Virus record (IMG/VR): IMGVR_UViG_2671180244_000004
Span: 1 to 64,000 of that record
Direction: 5' to 3' (one strand)
DNA length: 64,000 nucleotides
Source of the DNA: a virus
Lineage: Duplodnaviria > Caudoviricetes
Under the pieces are notes generated by a model. The model saw only the letters and a program-made list of their open reading frames with translations. It did no database searches and was not told where the DNA came from. Both the position numbers and the translations under genes were made by a program. This document shows, in pieces, positions 9,135-19,339 of the stretch; position 1 is the first letter of the stretch, and the number at the start of each line of letters is the position of its first letter.

Positions 9135-9953
9135 TTACTTTGTAATACCTTCAATTATAACCTTTTTACCCTTTTTCTCAGGTGTATCCAAATTAAAATT
9201 GTTAACAGATTCATCTACACGTGTTATTAAAGTTCTTTTATTTCCTAAACTAACTCCTAGATAAGTTGTGTCAAAGATTGTTCGACTTAAAAAGGATTCA
9301 AAAAGGTTTAAACTGTATTGACCTTTAACGATTTTGGTTGTAACGCTGTATTCACCTTTTATATCATGTCTAACTATATCTGAGTTGGCTAAAGACTCAT
9401 TGTAAACTTTTCTTTTACCAGATTGAAAATCTTTGATGGCCTGGTCTCTGTTTTCACCACTTTGCATATATTCGCTTAAGTGAATATTGGTAGTCATGGT
9501 TTTTTGATTCACCGTTAACTTCATACGCTCGGTTGTTTGTCCAACCTGGTCTAGTATGATACCCAATTTGTATTTACCTACGAATTTATATCCTTCAGCT
9601 TTTTCAAATAGCTCAATTATCTCTTTATCAGAAAGCTTTATTAAATGCTCTATCCTTATATCCACTGGTTGTACAGGTCTGTAACGTGCTATTTCTCCGT
9701 CCTTTATTGCAATTATACTTTCTACCTTGCTGGATCTTCCTGGATTTCCATCTGTTATCAACCACACGCTAAATCTATTAAATGCTTCACTTATTAACAT
9801 AGTCTTGACTTTTGGTGTTTCAGTTTTTGAAGCACTTTCTTTAGAGCTTTCTTTTTCATTCCCACTTTTAGCAGCTGCACATCCACTTAACATAAATACT
9901 GCTACAATAAACATAAAAATAAAAGCCTTTTTGCTCTTAGTATTCATTTCCAT
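9135..9953 (-). CDS. Lipoprotein
   Basis: Signal peptide with LSGC lipobox. Confidence 0.8.
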   Translation of the reverse strand: MEMNTKSKKAFIFMFIVAVFMLSGCAAAKSGNEKESSKESASKTETPKVKTMLISEAFNRFSVWLITDGNPGRSSKVESIIAIKDGEIARYRPVQPVDIRIEHLIKLSDKEIIELFEKAEGYKFVGKYKLGIILDQVGQTTERMKLTVNQKTMTTNIHLSEYMQSGENRDQAIKDFQSGKRKVYNESLANSDIVRHDIKGEYSVTTKIVKGQYSLNLFESFLSRTIFDTTYLGVSLGNKRTLITRVDESVNNFNLDTPEKKGKKVIIEGITK

Positions 9954-10057
9954 TCCTCCATATAATTTAAACCTCTAAAGTGAAATGTTACCAAGAGCAT
10001 TATAGACTTTTTTACTATGTATCTCAATGTTTATTTTAAATTGGTCAACTCTTTTAA

Positions 10058-10867
10058 CTAAATAGCCACATCCCCTTTGATTAATGGATGGTGATCATAA
10101 TTAACCACTTCAAAGTCTTCTAAGGTATACTCAAAGATCGAATTAGGCCTCCGTTTAACATTAAGTTTTGGTGACTGATATGGAGATCTGGTTAATTGTT
10201 CTTCAACTTGATCTAAATGATTGTGATAAATATGAGCTACACCAATTGTATGTTTCATGATACCTGGCTTTAGATCACATTGTTGTGCAATCATGGTCAA
10301 TAGTGTTGCATATGAGGCGATGTTAACTGGCACACCTAGAAACATGTCTCCTGAACGTTGATAGTGATACATATGAAGGTAATCACCTTCTACATAGAAT
10401 TGAACAACGGTACTGTGGCAACATGGCAATGCGGTATCTTGCCATTGCATTTCTGGAGCGTTCCATCCAGTAAATAAAATACGTCTGCTAGTTGGGTTAT
10501 ATTTAATTTGTTCAATCACGTACTTAATTTGGTTAAAAATGTTCCCGCGGCCATCTTCCCATCTAGTCCATTGCTTGCCGTAGATGTTTGGCAGCTGCCC
10601 AGCTTCATTCGCCCATTCTTTCCAAAACTTGATACCATACTTCTCTTCTAACTCTTTATTGGATGTTGAGCCACTTAAAAACCATAACAACTCTCCAAAG
10701 ACACCTCTAGTAAACATCTTCTTAGTTGTAATCAACGGAAATCCTTCAGCTAAATTGAACTCCATTGTCTCTCCAAAAAGACTTCTCATACCTGTTTCCG
10801 TTCTGTCTTCAGTGTCATGACCAAATGTATAGATTTTTTGCAGTAATTTCAAATATTCTTTTTCCAA
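10058..10867 (-). CDS. thyA: Thymidylate synthase
   Basis: FPLITTKK, ALPCCH, YQRSGDMFLGVPVN, HIYHNH motifs. Confidence 0.97.
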   Translation of the reverse strand: MEKEYLKLLQKIYTFGHDTEDRTETGMRSLFGETMEFNLAEGFPLITTKKMFTRGVFGELLWFLSGSTSNKELEEKYGIKFWKEWANEAGQLPNIYGKQWTRWEDGRGNIFNQIKYVIEQIKYNPTSRRILFTGWNAPEMQWQDTALPCCHSTVVQFYVEGDYLHMYHYQRSGDMFLGVPVNIASYATLLTMIAQQCDLKPGIMKHTIGVAHIYHNHLDQVEEQLTRSPYQSPKLNVKRRPNSIFEYTLEDFEVVNYDHHPLIKGDVAI

Positions 10868-10916
10868 TATAAACCTCCATATTGTATAATTAAAGTAAAA
10901 GGGGGCGATTTTAGCA

Positions 10917-11507
10917 GTGTATGCTCAAGTCAATTTTGATAAACAATTTTATCAAAATACAATTATTAGCGATAATGTCCAAGTTCAAAGCAACCTATGG
11001 AAAAGGAACCTTCTAAGCGTAAGCACACATAAATCAAATGATATTAAGTATACTTTTCTTTTGATGAATCCTAGTGCTGCCGTATATGACAAGTCTGACA
11101 GAACGGTAAATAAAGTAATAAAAGATGCACACAATGACGGTGCTGGTATAGTTGATGTTGTAAACATCTTTCCCTTTTATGAAACAGATTCGAAAAAGCT
11201 TGGCAAAGTTATGTCTAAAATCAATGAAGCTCAACTAAATACAATTACAGAGGAAAACCTCAGAGTAATTAAAAGGTCAATCGAGTCAAGCGTGAAAAGC
11301 GGTGGTAAAGTTATTTGCGGATGGGGGAATCGTCCAACCAAATTAAATAAAAGCAACTTGCGAATATATTGTAGCAACTTAAACTCTATAATGAGTATCC
11401 TTAGCAGCTATTCAGAAAAACTGCTTTGTTATAGAACCAATATTACTGGAATGCCTTCTCATCCACTCTACAACTACAATGATTTTAGACGATACACACT
11501 CACATAA
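10917..11507 (+). CDS. DUF1643-family protein (opposite-strand moron)
   Basis: LMNPSAA...D.T, WGN and PSHPLY motifs. Confidence 0.75.
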   Translation: MYAQVNFDKQFYQNTIISDNVQVQSNLWKRNLLSVSTHKSNDIKYTFLLMNPSAAVYDKSDRTVNKVIKDAHNDGAGIVDVVNIFPFYETDSKKLGKVMSKINEAQLNTITEENLRVIKRSIESSVKSGGKVICGWGNRPTKLNKSNLRIYCSNLNSIMSILSSYSEKLLCYRTNITGMPSHPLYNYNDFRRYTLT

Positions 11508-11525
11508 GAGAGGTCTTCCTCTCTT
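11506..11525. terminator. Bidirectional terminator
   Basis: AAGAGAGG-TCTT-CCTCTCTT between convergent genes. Confidence 0.7.
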
Positions 11526-11760
11526 AGTTTATTTCTTTAAGTTTCTCAATCCTCTTACCAATATCGTCACTGCCTATTTTCTTCAACAAATCAGTAGCAC
11601 CTTTAATCCCCTCTAATGCTGCATCCCCAATAAGATCAAATTCTTGAATCATGTTATCTAATGTTTTCATTTTCATCTCAGGATCATCCATGAGTTCATA
11701 TAATTGCTTCTGTTTCTCGATTTTCGCTAATGAATTATATATCGCATCAACTTTTATCAA
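11524..11760 (-). CDS. Hypothetical protein
   Basis: 78-aa ORF. Confidence 0.65.
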   Translation of the reverse strand: MIKVDAIYNSLAKIEKQKQLYELMDDPEMKMKTLDNMIQEFDLIGDAALEGIKGATDLLKKIGSDDIGKRIEKLKEIN

Positions 11761-11959
11761 ACTCCCTCACTCTTTTCCTTAAATATTTCCTTAGACTTAA
11801 TTCTGCTGCAAAACTCATCAAAATTATTGCAGAAGGGATTGTCAAAGCATAGTGAACAACCTTTAAACAAGGTAGTAGTGCAAAAAACACTGATACTATA
11901 ATACAAACACATATTGTTCTGTTCTCTAATTTCACTAGTTCCTCTAGTTTGCTTGCCAT
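11747..11959 (-). CDS. Small 2-TM membrane protein
   Basis: Two hydrophobic segments; coupled to its neighbours. Confidence 0.6.
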   Translation of the reverse strand: MASKLEELVKLENRTICVCIIVSVFFALLPCLKVVHYALTIPSAIILMSFAAELSLRKYLRKRVREFDKS

Positions 11960-12147
11960 TAAAACTCTTCCTTTTTATATTCATTTATCACCGATTCTGC
12001 CATTCTTTTTTCGATCACACGTCTTCGCTTTTTTATATCTTTTTTAAAGTTTTTCTTACTTTGTTTTTCTCCACGTGTGGCCAGAGTCCATGTTCCTACA
12101 GCTTCCATTGATTCAATTTTTGAGATTCTATCAATCATGTATAACAT
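11959..12147 (-). CDS. Hypothetical basic protein
   Basis: 62-aa ORF. Confidence 0.6.
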   Translation of the reverse strand: MLYMIDRISKIESMEAVGTWTLATRGEKQSKKNFKKDIKKRRRVIEKRMAESVINEYKKEEF

Positions 12148-12274
12148 GTCCTTTCATTATAAAAGTCTTCTTTTATTGGAAATCCTGTTGTGCCGATGGA
12201 TATCATTACCTTTAATTTCGTTTATTTGATATAATCAAATTATTATTACTATTCATAAAAAGGCGGTAGATCAG

Positions 12275-12721
12275 ATGAAAGTTTCAAGAGTTATCACTGA
12301 GAAGAACAATATTGAAGGTACTATCTACGAAGCAGGTTTTGACGAGAAAAGCCACTTTAACTATCTCTATGAACCAGAAAAGAAAATACTTCATATATAC
12401 GATGATAGATCATACTTTAGTACCAGTGCCGTAAACTCAGTTAATGAAATTGTTGCTGAGATTGACAAAATCATCACAGGAGAGATCAAGGGATTAAACA
12501 AATTCACTCAAAATTTCATCTCTCTTTTTTCTAAGCAGGAGCCTGCAAAAATTATTATCTATACTGAAGCTGGAGACCTTGGAGTATCAGGTACAAATAA
12601 CTTCGGTGACCCGTTACTCATACAAGCCTATGACCTACAAAATAAAAATTACACAGGATACACGAAAGACGAACTTCATCCCAATTTTGCGTATATTCAT
12701 TCAGTTGTAGAACCAAACTAA
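12275..12721 (+). CDS. Hypothetical protein (opposite-strand moron)
   Basis: 148-aa ORF with upstream TGATATAAT and AGGCGG RBS. Confidence 0.75.
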   Translation: MKVSRVITEKNNIEGTIYEAGFDEKSHFNYLYEPEKKILHIYDDRSYFSTSAVNSVNEIVAEIDKIITGEIKGLNKFTQNFISLFSKQEPAKIIIYTEAGDLGVSGTNNFGDPLLIQAYDLQNKNYTGYTKDELHPNFAYIHSVVEPN

Positions 12722-12797
12722 ACAAATCACTTGGCTGTGATACCCCACAGTATAAAATCTTCAGAAATCACACCATGCATGCAGCCAAGTGTCATCC

Positions 12798-13226
12798 TTA
12801 CTTAGTACCCGTTGATCCATGTCCTCCACGATCATCATTACCTAGATGATCTACTTCAATTAATTCAACTTCAGACATTTTCTCCATGATTCTAAATTGA
12901 CAGATACGCTCACCTTTCTTAATTTCTGTGTTTCGTAGAGCATAAGCAGGGAAGAACCAGAAATCATTGTCTCCCTTGTATGATTCATCAATAACCCCCA
13001 TTGAGTTTGTTTGAATGATTCCGAAGTGTTTAAATGTGCTTGAACGTGGAACAACGTGTGCCTCATAACCTTCTGGTAGCTCCATCGCTACTCCTAATGG
13101 AATAAGTTTAAATTCTTCTTTTCCCATTACAACATCTTCTGCTGCACGAAGATCAATCCAGTCCCCCTTTTCTATTTTGCTGATTCTTGTTTGTGTCTCG
13201 TCTAGGTATTTGATTTTAATTTGCAT
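12798..13226 (-). CDS. dut: Trimeric dUTPase (YosU/YncF-like)
   Basis: [27 protein letters not shown] motifs. Confidence 0.95.
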   Translation of the reverse strand: MQIKIKYLDETQTRISKIEKGDWIDLRAAEDVVMGKEEFKLIPLGVAMELPEGYEAHVVPRSSTFKHFGIIQTNSMGVIDESYKGDNDFWFFPAYALRNTEIKKGERICQFRIMEKMSEVELIEVDHLGNDDRGGHGSTGTK

Positions 13227-13259
13227 TATGTAGCATTTCTCCTTAAGCATATTTGTTAT

Positions 13260-13616
13260 TTATTTTTTCTTATTTCGAGTTTTTTTAACCTTTTTCCAAT
13301 CATCCATTGTTTCCTTATACTCTTTACTGACTTTAAACTTTACATAGAGTTCATCTAATGGTGGTTGTTCTCCATTACCAAAATTATTTAAGTCAAATTT
13401 ACCTTCACTAAACGAAATTGATTTAATTTGAGTCCCATCTTTCACCCACACTAAGTATGCATTAAGCATATTCTGAGAAACTAAATAGAAAAGCCTATCA
13501 AACACTGTCCTTGCGTCTATGTTTAAGATATTCATTATCGCATCAGCATTAAACATGTTTTCTGCTAAGTGGTCTAAGTTCTCATTGATTAAATAATCGA
13601 TTCGCCATTTACTCAT
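13260..13616 (-). CDS. Hypothetical protein
   Basis: 118-aa ORF. Confidence 0.7.
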   Translation of the reverse strand: MSKWRIDYLINENLDHLAENMFNADAIMNILNIDARTVFDRLFYLVSQNMLNAYLVWVKDGTQIKSISFSEGKFDLNNFGNGEQPPLDELYVKFKVSKEYKETMDDWKKVKKTRNKKK

Positions 13617-13867
13617 TAATTATAATTAACTGCTTGGATAATCAATGTGTCGTTAAAAACTCTTGCACAGAATACTTTCAAGTCTCTTTCGGTTTCGGGT
13701 ATCTTACTTGAAAGATAATCTTTAACTGTCCCCTCAAAATACTGAATATCGAAAACACCATTTTCAATTCTGACTTTAGTGCCTATTGCAATATTACTTA
13801 GAAGATCCCTTACTCTCATATTATACGGTTTCATTTTTTCTCTCCTTCCTTTCGATAAAATTACCAT
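13616..13867 (-). CDS. Hypothetical protein
   Basis: ORF; true start probably MKPY near 13834. Confidence 0.6.
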   Translation of the reverse strand: MVILSKGRREKMKPYNMRVRDLLSNIAIGTKVRIENGVFDIQYFEGTVKDYLSSKIPETERDLKVFCARVFNDTLIIQAVNYN

Positions 13868-13915
13868 TTCATACAGATCGAATGCAGCTTTTTTGACCCC
13901 AATTAGATTCTTTTA

Positions 13916-15475
13916 TTAATTCAAATTTCCAAAGACAAAATCCTCATCTTTAAGTGATTCGACTGTTGCTTTCTTATACCCATTCCCCTTACCTGAAAAG
14001 AAGTCATGTGACTTTGTTTTTGTATCGAGTCCGTTCAATACAATCGGGTTAATGTCTTCCTCTTCAAACATTCCATCAAATCCAAGAGTGTTTAAGGCTT
14101 TATTTGCGTTATACCTAATAAATTTTTTCACATCACCAGATAGCCCTACTGAATCATAAACATCAGAAGTGTACTCAACTTCGTTTGCATATAATTCTTG
14201 TAATAAATCTGCCGCAAAATTATATAGCTCTTTTTGAGTTGCCTCATCTTGTTTGTTGTAAATTTCTTGTGCAAGCATACCGATGTATGCTCCGTGAATT
14301 GCTTCATCTCTGATAATGAGGTTAATGATTTCCCCTGAATTCATAAGTTTGCCTTGTCCATAGAAATAGAGAGGATAATAGAATCCACTATAAAATAGGA
14401 AGCTTTCTAGAAATACTGAAGCGACCATTGCTTTAAAGAGGGAAATTGGATCGTCCTTTTTAATGTTGTTATAGATATCAACAATGATACGAGCTTTCTT
14501 TTGTAGATATTTGTTATTTTTAACCCACTCAAACACTTCTCTAATTCTTTCAGTCGGAGCTAAAGTTAAGAAAATATTGGAGTATGACTTTGCATGTACT
14601 GCATTCTCCATCATACCCATGAAACTTAAAACCGCTTTTCTCTGATGGCCTTCCACATGTTCGGCAATAGAAGGCATACCTGTGTTTCCTTGTTCAGTAT
14701 CAAGTAATGTTAAACCGCCTAAAACTTTCATATATGTATCCTGTTCATTGCTACTAAGCATTCTCCAAGCTAACAAGTCTCCTTGCAATGAGATCTCCTC
14801 TGGTAGCCAGAATTGTTTAGTGTTCTGGTTGTAAAACATTTGTGTAAAATCGTCTTCGTGTTTTGACCAATCTGCAGCTGTGTAATTTGTCAATTTATCA
14901 GTTCCTTGTATCTTCACAATATCGCCTAATTTAAACTCATCAACTTTTCGTCCAATTTTACTCCACTTTAATTTTGCAGTTTGTTTTGTCTCCACTTCTT
15001 TAACGACTCTAATTTCATCTTCAGTTGCGGGGACTAGTTCATCTTCATAAAACAAAATAGCTTTTTTATCCTCTTTACTTATAAATTCACATTTAAATGG
15101 TGGGAAATCTGCCCAAGGTTCATCCTCCAAGATTTTAACGATATCTCCCTCATTAACTCTGCTGTTGGAAAAATGTCCAATAGCCTTCGCATAATCACCA
15201 ACCTTTAAGCGTTCTTGTTTCTTACGGAATACTGTACAGTCAGTGTTAGGACAACACATTTTTATTTTAAAACTGTCAAAGAAACATACCCAAGAAATAT
15301 TTTCACTGCTTTCAACTTTATAAAATCCTTTTTCGGTTTCATACCCATGCTGAATAAATATTAAATCACCTTTAACAGCACAGTCATCAACCTTCACATA
15401 CACTGTTCCTTCATACTCAACCTTATTAATTACCCCGTCTATCATATCAAGTATTTTTACGCTTTCTAATTTCAA
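13916..15475 (-). CDS. nrdF: Class Ib ribonucleotide reductase beta subunit with ~190-aa N-terminal extension
   Basis: NrdF from TNYTAADWS onward ([24 protein letters not shown]). A possible internal TTG start lies at 14893. Confidence 0.9.
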   Translation of the reverse strand: MKLESVKILDMIDGVINKVEYEGTVYVKVDDCAVKGDLIFIQHGYETEKGFYKVESSENISWVCFFDSFKIKMCCPNTDCTVFRKKQERLKVGDYAKAIGHFSNSRVNEGDIVKILEDEPWADFPPFKCEFISKEDKKAILFYEDELVPATEDEIRVVKEVETKQTAKLKWSKIGRKVDEFKLGDIVKIQGTDKLTNYTAADWSKHEDDFTQMFYNQNTKQFWLPEEISLQGDLLAWRMLSSNEQDTYMKVLGGLTLLDTEQGNTGMPSIAEHVEGHQRKAVLSFMGMMENAVHAKSYSNIFLTLAPTERIREVFEWVKNNKYLQKKARIIVDIYNNIKKDDPISLFKAMVASVFLESFLFYSGFYYPLYFYGQGKLMNSGEIINLIIRDEAIHGAYIGMLAQEIYNKQDEATQKELYNFAADLLQELYANEVEYTSDVYDSVGLSGDVKKFIRYNANKALNTLGFDGMFEEEDINPIVLNGLDTKTKSHDFFSGKGNGYKKATVESLKDEDFVFGNLN

Positions 15476-15584
15476 GCTAATAACGCCTCCTTTATATGTT
15501 ATTTTTTACAGCCTCTTACGTCCAAATGTTAAAGCCAGTAAGTGGATTCCTATATTGATTACACAAACATATGGGGTGATATAA

Positions 15585-15734
15585 ATGCAAGATTTATTAT
15601 TAAACTTAATTGAGATCATTACTGGCTTTTTAAAATTTGAAGATTTATTCAGTTGGCTACTAGAAAAACTTATTAGGATATTAATAAAGTATTTCTTCAA
15701 AAAACTAAGAAGAAGAATTAAACAACGCAACTAA
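15585..15734 (+). CDS. 49-aa amphipathic/cationic peptide antisense to the nrd operon
   Basis: Own translation MQDLLLNLIEIITGFLKFEDLFSWLLEKLIRILIKYFFKKLRRRIKQRN; GGGGTGA RBS. Confidence 0.55.
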   Translation: MQDLLLNLIEIITGFLKFEDLFSWLLEKLIRILIKYFFKKLRRRIKQRN

Positions 15735-18700
15735 GACAACTATCCTGACCCGTATCCTTAGTTCTTGCATAGTAAAGAGTCTTGATTCCTTTGTGATGTG
15801 CATATAGATCAATTATATTCAAATCTCGTGTTGTCATAGTGTCTTTGAGGAACAATGTAAACGAGATGCCTTGATCAACATGAGTTTGAATAGTTGAAAT
15901 TAAGTCAACAACCTTGAACATATCCATGTCGTATGCTTCTTTATATAAGAACCAATTGTTCGGAGACAGTCCAGGCATAGGATAATAAGTCTTACTGTTT
16001 CCGTAGGTTCTTTCCTCAATTCTTTCCATGATAGGCATTACACCTGCGGTAGATGACTGGACATATGAAATGCTTCCAGTAGGTGCTACAGCTTGTCTGT
16101 AACTATGATAAAGTCCATATTTCTGCACATCGCTTTTTAGCTGTTTCCAATCTTCAATTGAAGGAATATGCTGATCCTTAAACAGTTTGACTACCTTCTC
16201 AAGCTTCGGTGAATAATCAATGCTTAAATACTTATCAAAATAGCTTCCTGATTTGTATGTAGATCCTTCATACATGTAATATGTTTCTCCAGTCTCTTTA
16301 GCGATTTCCATTGAACGCTTAAGAGAATAAAAATTGACCATCATAAAATATGTATTAGCAAAATCAATCGCTGCTTCTGATTCATAAGGGATACCGTTTT
16401 GAGCTAGATATCCATGTAAATTCATCTGTCCCAATCCAATTGATTTCATTGTTTTATTAGCTTTATTAACTGCTGGTGCATTAACAATATTAGTCGCATC
16501 AGAAATCCTTGTAAGAGCATCTACTGCGGTTCTAACTGTCTTCTCGATTGCTTGATTATTCATCACATTCAGGATGTTCATTGAACCTAAGTTACATGAA
16601 ATATCTAGTCCAATTTCATCTTCTTGGTCGTAATCTGTGTAAGTCGATACCTCTGACGCCTGAAGGACTTCAGAACAATTTCCAGTTACAATTCCATTGA
16701 AGATTAATGAACTATAGTCTTTTTGAGTAGTATCATAAACATCTTCAATCCCGAAAAAATCAATAGAGATTACTTCTGCTGTAAAATCATGCTTAGGTTT
16801 TCGTGACTTATCAGAAAGAGTCTCAGTCAATAAATTAAACTTATAAATGTCATACTCTTTCATTTGGACAATACTCATGAATTTCTCTCTCGAAACTCTA
16901 TCTTGGATACTTAATTTATATGTAGGTTTTACATTGTAAAGCTTATGCCCTCCATTTCCGTCAGGTAAAAGCTCCTGGCTTCTCTTTAAATTAGAGTAAA
17001 TGGTTGTGTAGACACCCATATTAAGCAACAATTTTTGAATATCCTTTAAAAATTCCTCTTCAATGGAAGTTAGTTCGACAGTTAAGGCCTTTGCCTTATG
17101 ATTAGCATTAACAGTTCCATCCGTTTGATAAACTCCTGACAAATAAGAAGCTTGAGTTTCTCTGTCAGCATTAAAAATCATTTGAGGAACTCTTGTTTTA
17201 GTTTCTTTCGTCATACCGAATTTGTTTAAAATATCAAACAGTACAGTACTGCTCATATAAAGCAAATCTTGTTTTTCGGGATTAGCAGCATTGAAACTAG
17301 GAGTAAATGAAGTATTATGTTGATAAACCCCGTTGATCCTATGCTTTTTGATCACACGATGCACAGCTTCTTCAACTGATTTTTCCAATACTTTTTTATT
17401 ATCATACAGATAAATCTTAGCTGTTTTATCTGTAATTGTTCCATCTCCTGCAATAAGCCCCATCACATACGCTAGGTCTGGATCATTGATTGACCCATAT
17501 TTACCTTCTCCTGATTGAACAAGCACTTTATCACCAATGTTGATTTCGTTTAATTGAACCTTCTTAACCTCTCCATCCCTTTTAACATAAAATTTGTGCC
17601 ATTCTGTTGCTTTAATTTCATATCCTTGTTTTGTTTGTAATTTATAAACTTCAGCATCCTTTTTCGTTAATTGCATTGGAATTGCTGTTACTAAAGAAGT
17701 GCCTTTTTCTGAGAGGTTGAAATCCTTTGTTCTGTTATCAATAACTACATTCAATTCTTTCTGAGACTTGAACAACTCTTCAGCCGTTTCATAACCGTTG
17801 TCAGTGAGTAACAAAGTGTCACCAGTCACACATAAATTGGAGAACTTGACGTTTGAAATGTGATTATTAGCATGGTTCAAATTAACGTTATCCTGGAACA
17901 TAATATAGGGATAACCTGATTCATATCTAAGAATGGCCAGCTTCTCAAGAAGTTTTCGAGCGTTTCCTTTAGCTTTTCTTACATTTGGATTATTAACTAA
18001 TTCATCATACATTTCATTGATGTTCATCTCATCTAAATGTTGACCGTATTCTTTATAGACTGAGTGAGGATAGAACATATAATAATCTTTATCTTCTCTT
18101 GCAAGCTCAATGAATTTGTCAGGAACAACTACTCCAATGGATAGCGTTTTAGCTCTTACATCTTCATCTGCAGAAATTTTTTTCGTATCTAAGAAATCAT
18201 TAATATCAGGATGAAATACTGTTAAATATGTTGCTCCGCTTCCATTACGGCTTCCCATCTGATTTGCATATCTGAATGCATTATCAAGGAGCTTCATAAC
18301 TCCTACAACACCCTTTGTTACGTTCTCAATGCCTTTAATATCTTCACATTTAGCTCTGATCTTACTTAAATTAAGGGCTACGCCACCTCCTAATTTAGAG
18401 AGTTGCATTGAGATATCTACTGCTTTAGAGATGTCATTCAAGCTATCCCCAACTTCGATTAAGAAGCAGCTAACCATTTCTCCTCTTCGCTTTCGTCCAG
18501 CATTCATAAATGTTGGAGTTGCTGGCTGGTATTCTTGCTTAATCATGGATTCAACATACTTCATCGCTTTATCAGTATTTCCCTCAGCCAAAAACAAAGC
18601 AACAATTGAGATACGATCTTCGTAACGCTCAAGGATTTTAATTTTATCGTTGGTCTTTAATGCATAGTCATTGTAAAACTTAAATGCACTCATGAATGAT

Positions 18701-18981
18701 GGGAATCTAAATTTAAAACTATAAGCAAACTCGAATACCTTTTTGATATCACCGATACTATATAGGTTTAAAAATTCTTCTTCGTAATAATCATATTTAC
18801 GTAAGTAGTTTAATTTTTCTTCCAGATCATGAAAGAAGAACATATTCTGATTCACGTAATCTACGAAATAACTATGTACAGCTTCCTTGTCCTTCTCAAA
18901 TTGGAACTTTCCATTCTTCTGAATCATGATCTCGTTATTTAATTGAATCCACTTAGGAATATTGTTTGTGCTGATTGTCAA
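15718..18981 (-). CDS. nrdE: Class Ib ribonucleotide reductase alpha subunit, intein-containing
   Basis: PATPTFMNAG, SCF, SNL/CSE, APTGSISY, C-terminal CLSCVV. Confidence 0.97.
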   Translation of the reverse strand: MTISTNNIPKWIQLNNEIMIQKNGKFQFEKDKEAVHSYFVDYVNQNMFFFHDLEEKLNYLRKYDYYEEEFLNLYSIGDIKKVFEFAYSFKFRFPSFMSAFKFYNDYALKTNDKIKILERYEDRISIVALFLAEGNTDKAMKYVESMIKQEYQPATPTFMNAGRKRRGEMVSCFLIEVGDSLNDISKAVDISMQLSKLGGGVALNLSKIRAKCEDIKGIENVTKGVVGVMKLLDNAFRYANQMGSRNGSGATYLTVFHPDINDFLDTKKISADEDVRAKTLSIGVVVPDKFIELAREDKDYYMFYPHSVYKEYGQHLDEMNINEMYDELVNNPNVRKAKGNARKLLEKLAILRYESGYPYIMFQDNVNLNHANNHISNVKFSNLCVTGDTLLLTDNGYETAEELFKSQKELNVVIDNRTKDFNLSEKGTSLVTAIPMQLTKKDAEVYKLQTKQGYEIKATEWHKFYVKRDGEVKKVQLNEINIGDKVLVQSGEGKYGSINDPDLAYVMGLIAGDGTITDKTAKIYLYDNKKVLEKSVEEAVHRVIKKHRINGVYQHNTSFTPSFNAANPEKQDLLYMSSTVLFDILNKFGMTKETKTRVPQMIFNADRETQASYLSGVYQTDGTVNANHKAKALTVELTSIEEEFLKDIQKLLLNMGVYTTIYSNLKRSQELLPDGNGGHKLYNVKPTYKLSIQDRVSREKFMSIVQMKEYDIYKFNLLTETLSDKSRKPKHDFTAEVISIDFFGIEDVYDTTQKDYSSLIFNGIVTGNCSEVLQASEVSTYTDYDQEDEIGLDISCNLGSMNILNVMNNQAIEKTVRTAVDALTRISDATNIVNAPAVNKANKTMKSIGLGQMNLHGYLAQNGIPYESEAAIDFANTYFMMVNFYSLKRSMEIAKETGETYYMYEGSTYKSGSYFDKYLSIDYSPKLEKVVKLFKDQHIPSIEDWKQLKSDVQKYGLYHSYRQAVAPTGSISYVQSSTAGVMPIMERIEERTYGNSKTYYPMPGLSPNNWFLYKEAYDMDMFKVVDLISTIQTHVDQGISFTLFLKDTMTTRDLNIIDLYAHHKGIKTLYYARTKDTGQDSCLSCVV
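16678..17832 (-). mobile_element. 385-aa intein with LAGLIDADG homing endonuclease in nrdE
   Basis: Begins CVTGDT after FSNL and ends VYDTTQ...IVTGN before CSE; MGLIAGDG and LSGVYQTDG motifs. Confidence 0.93.
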
Positions 18982-19339
18982 TAAATTTAACCTCCTGTAA
19001 AAATGTAGCTAAATCAGAATCTGTGCCAGCTAATTCGAATTTGAGCAAGATTGGAACATTGTATTGGTTTGCTATCTTATCTGCAGCCAGTCCAAAATTA
19101 TTACCCCAATTCTTATTACCACTTGAACATATTCCTCTTAGCAATTCTTTGTTGTTATGTATGAATACCTGAGTCAACTTTGGCACTTCGCCAAAACCGA
19201 TTGTGTATGTAATATGTATGAATGGTTCAGTTATAATCGTATCCTCAGTGATTTTCTTTATGTTGATATACTTGTTATTTGTAATTTTATCAACGAATCG
19301 TTTAACGTTTCCAGTCAAACTGTCATAAGTGATTAGCAT
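18953..19339 (-). CDS. nrdI: Flavodoxin-like NrdI
   Basis: YDSLTGNVKRF, TYTIGFGEVP, SSGNKNWG, KFELAG. Confidence 0.95.
   Translation of the reverse strand: MLITYDSLTGNVKRFVDKITNNKYINIKKITEDTIITEPFIHITYTIGFGEVPKLTQVFIHNNKELLRGICSSGNKNWGNNFGLAADKIANQYNVPILLKFELAGTDSDLATFLQEVKFIDNQHKQYS

Noticed and set aside
15506-15730. 74-aa minus-strand ORF between nrdE and nrdF
   Set aside because: No RBS; it is the shadow of the better-supported plus-strand peptide.
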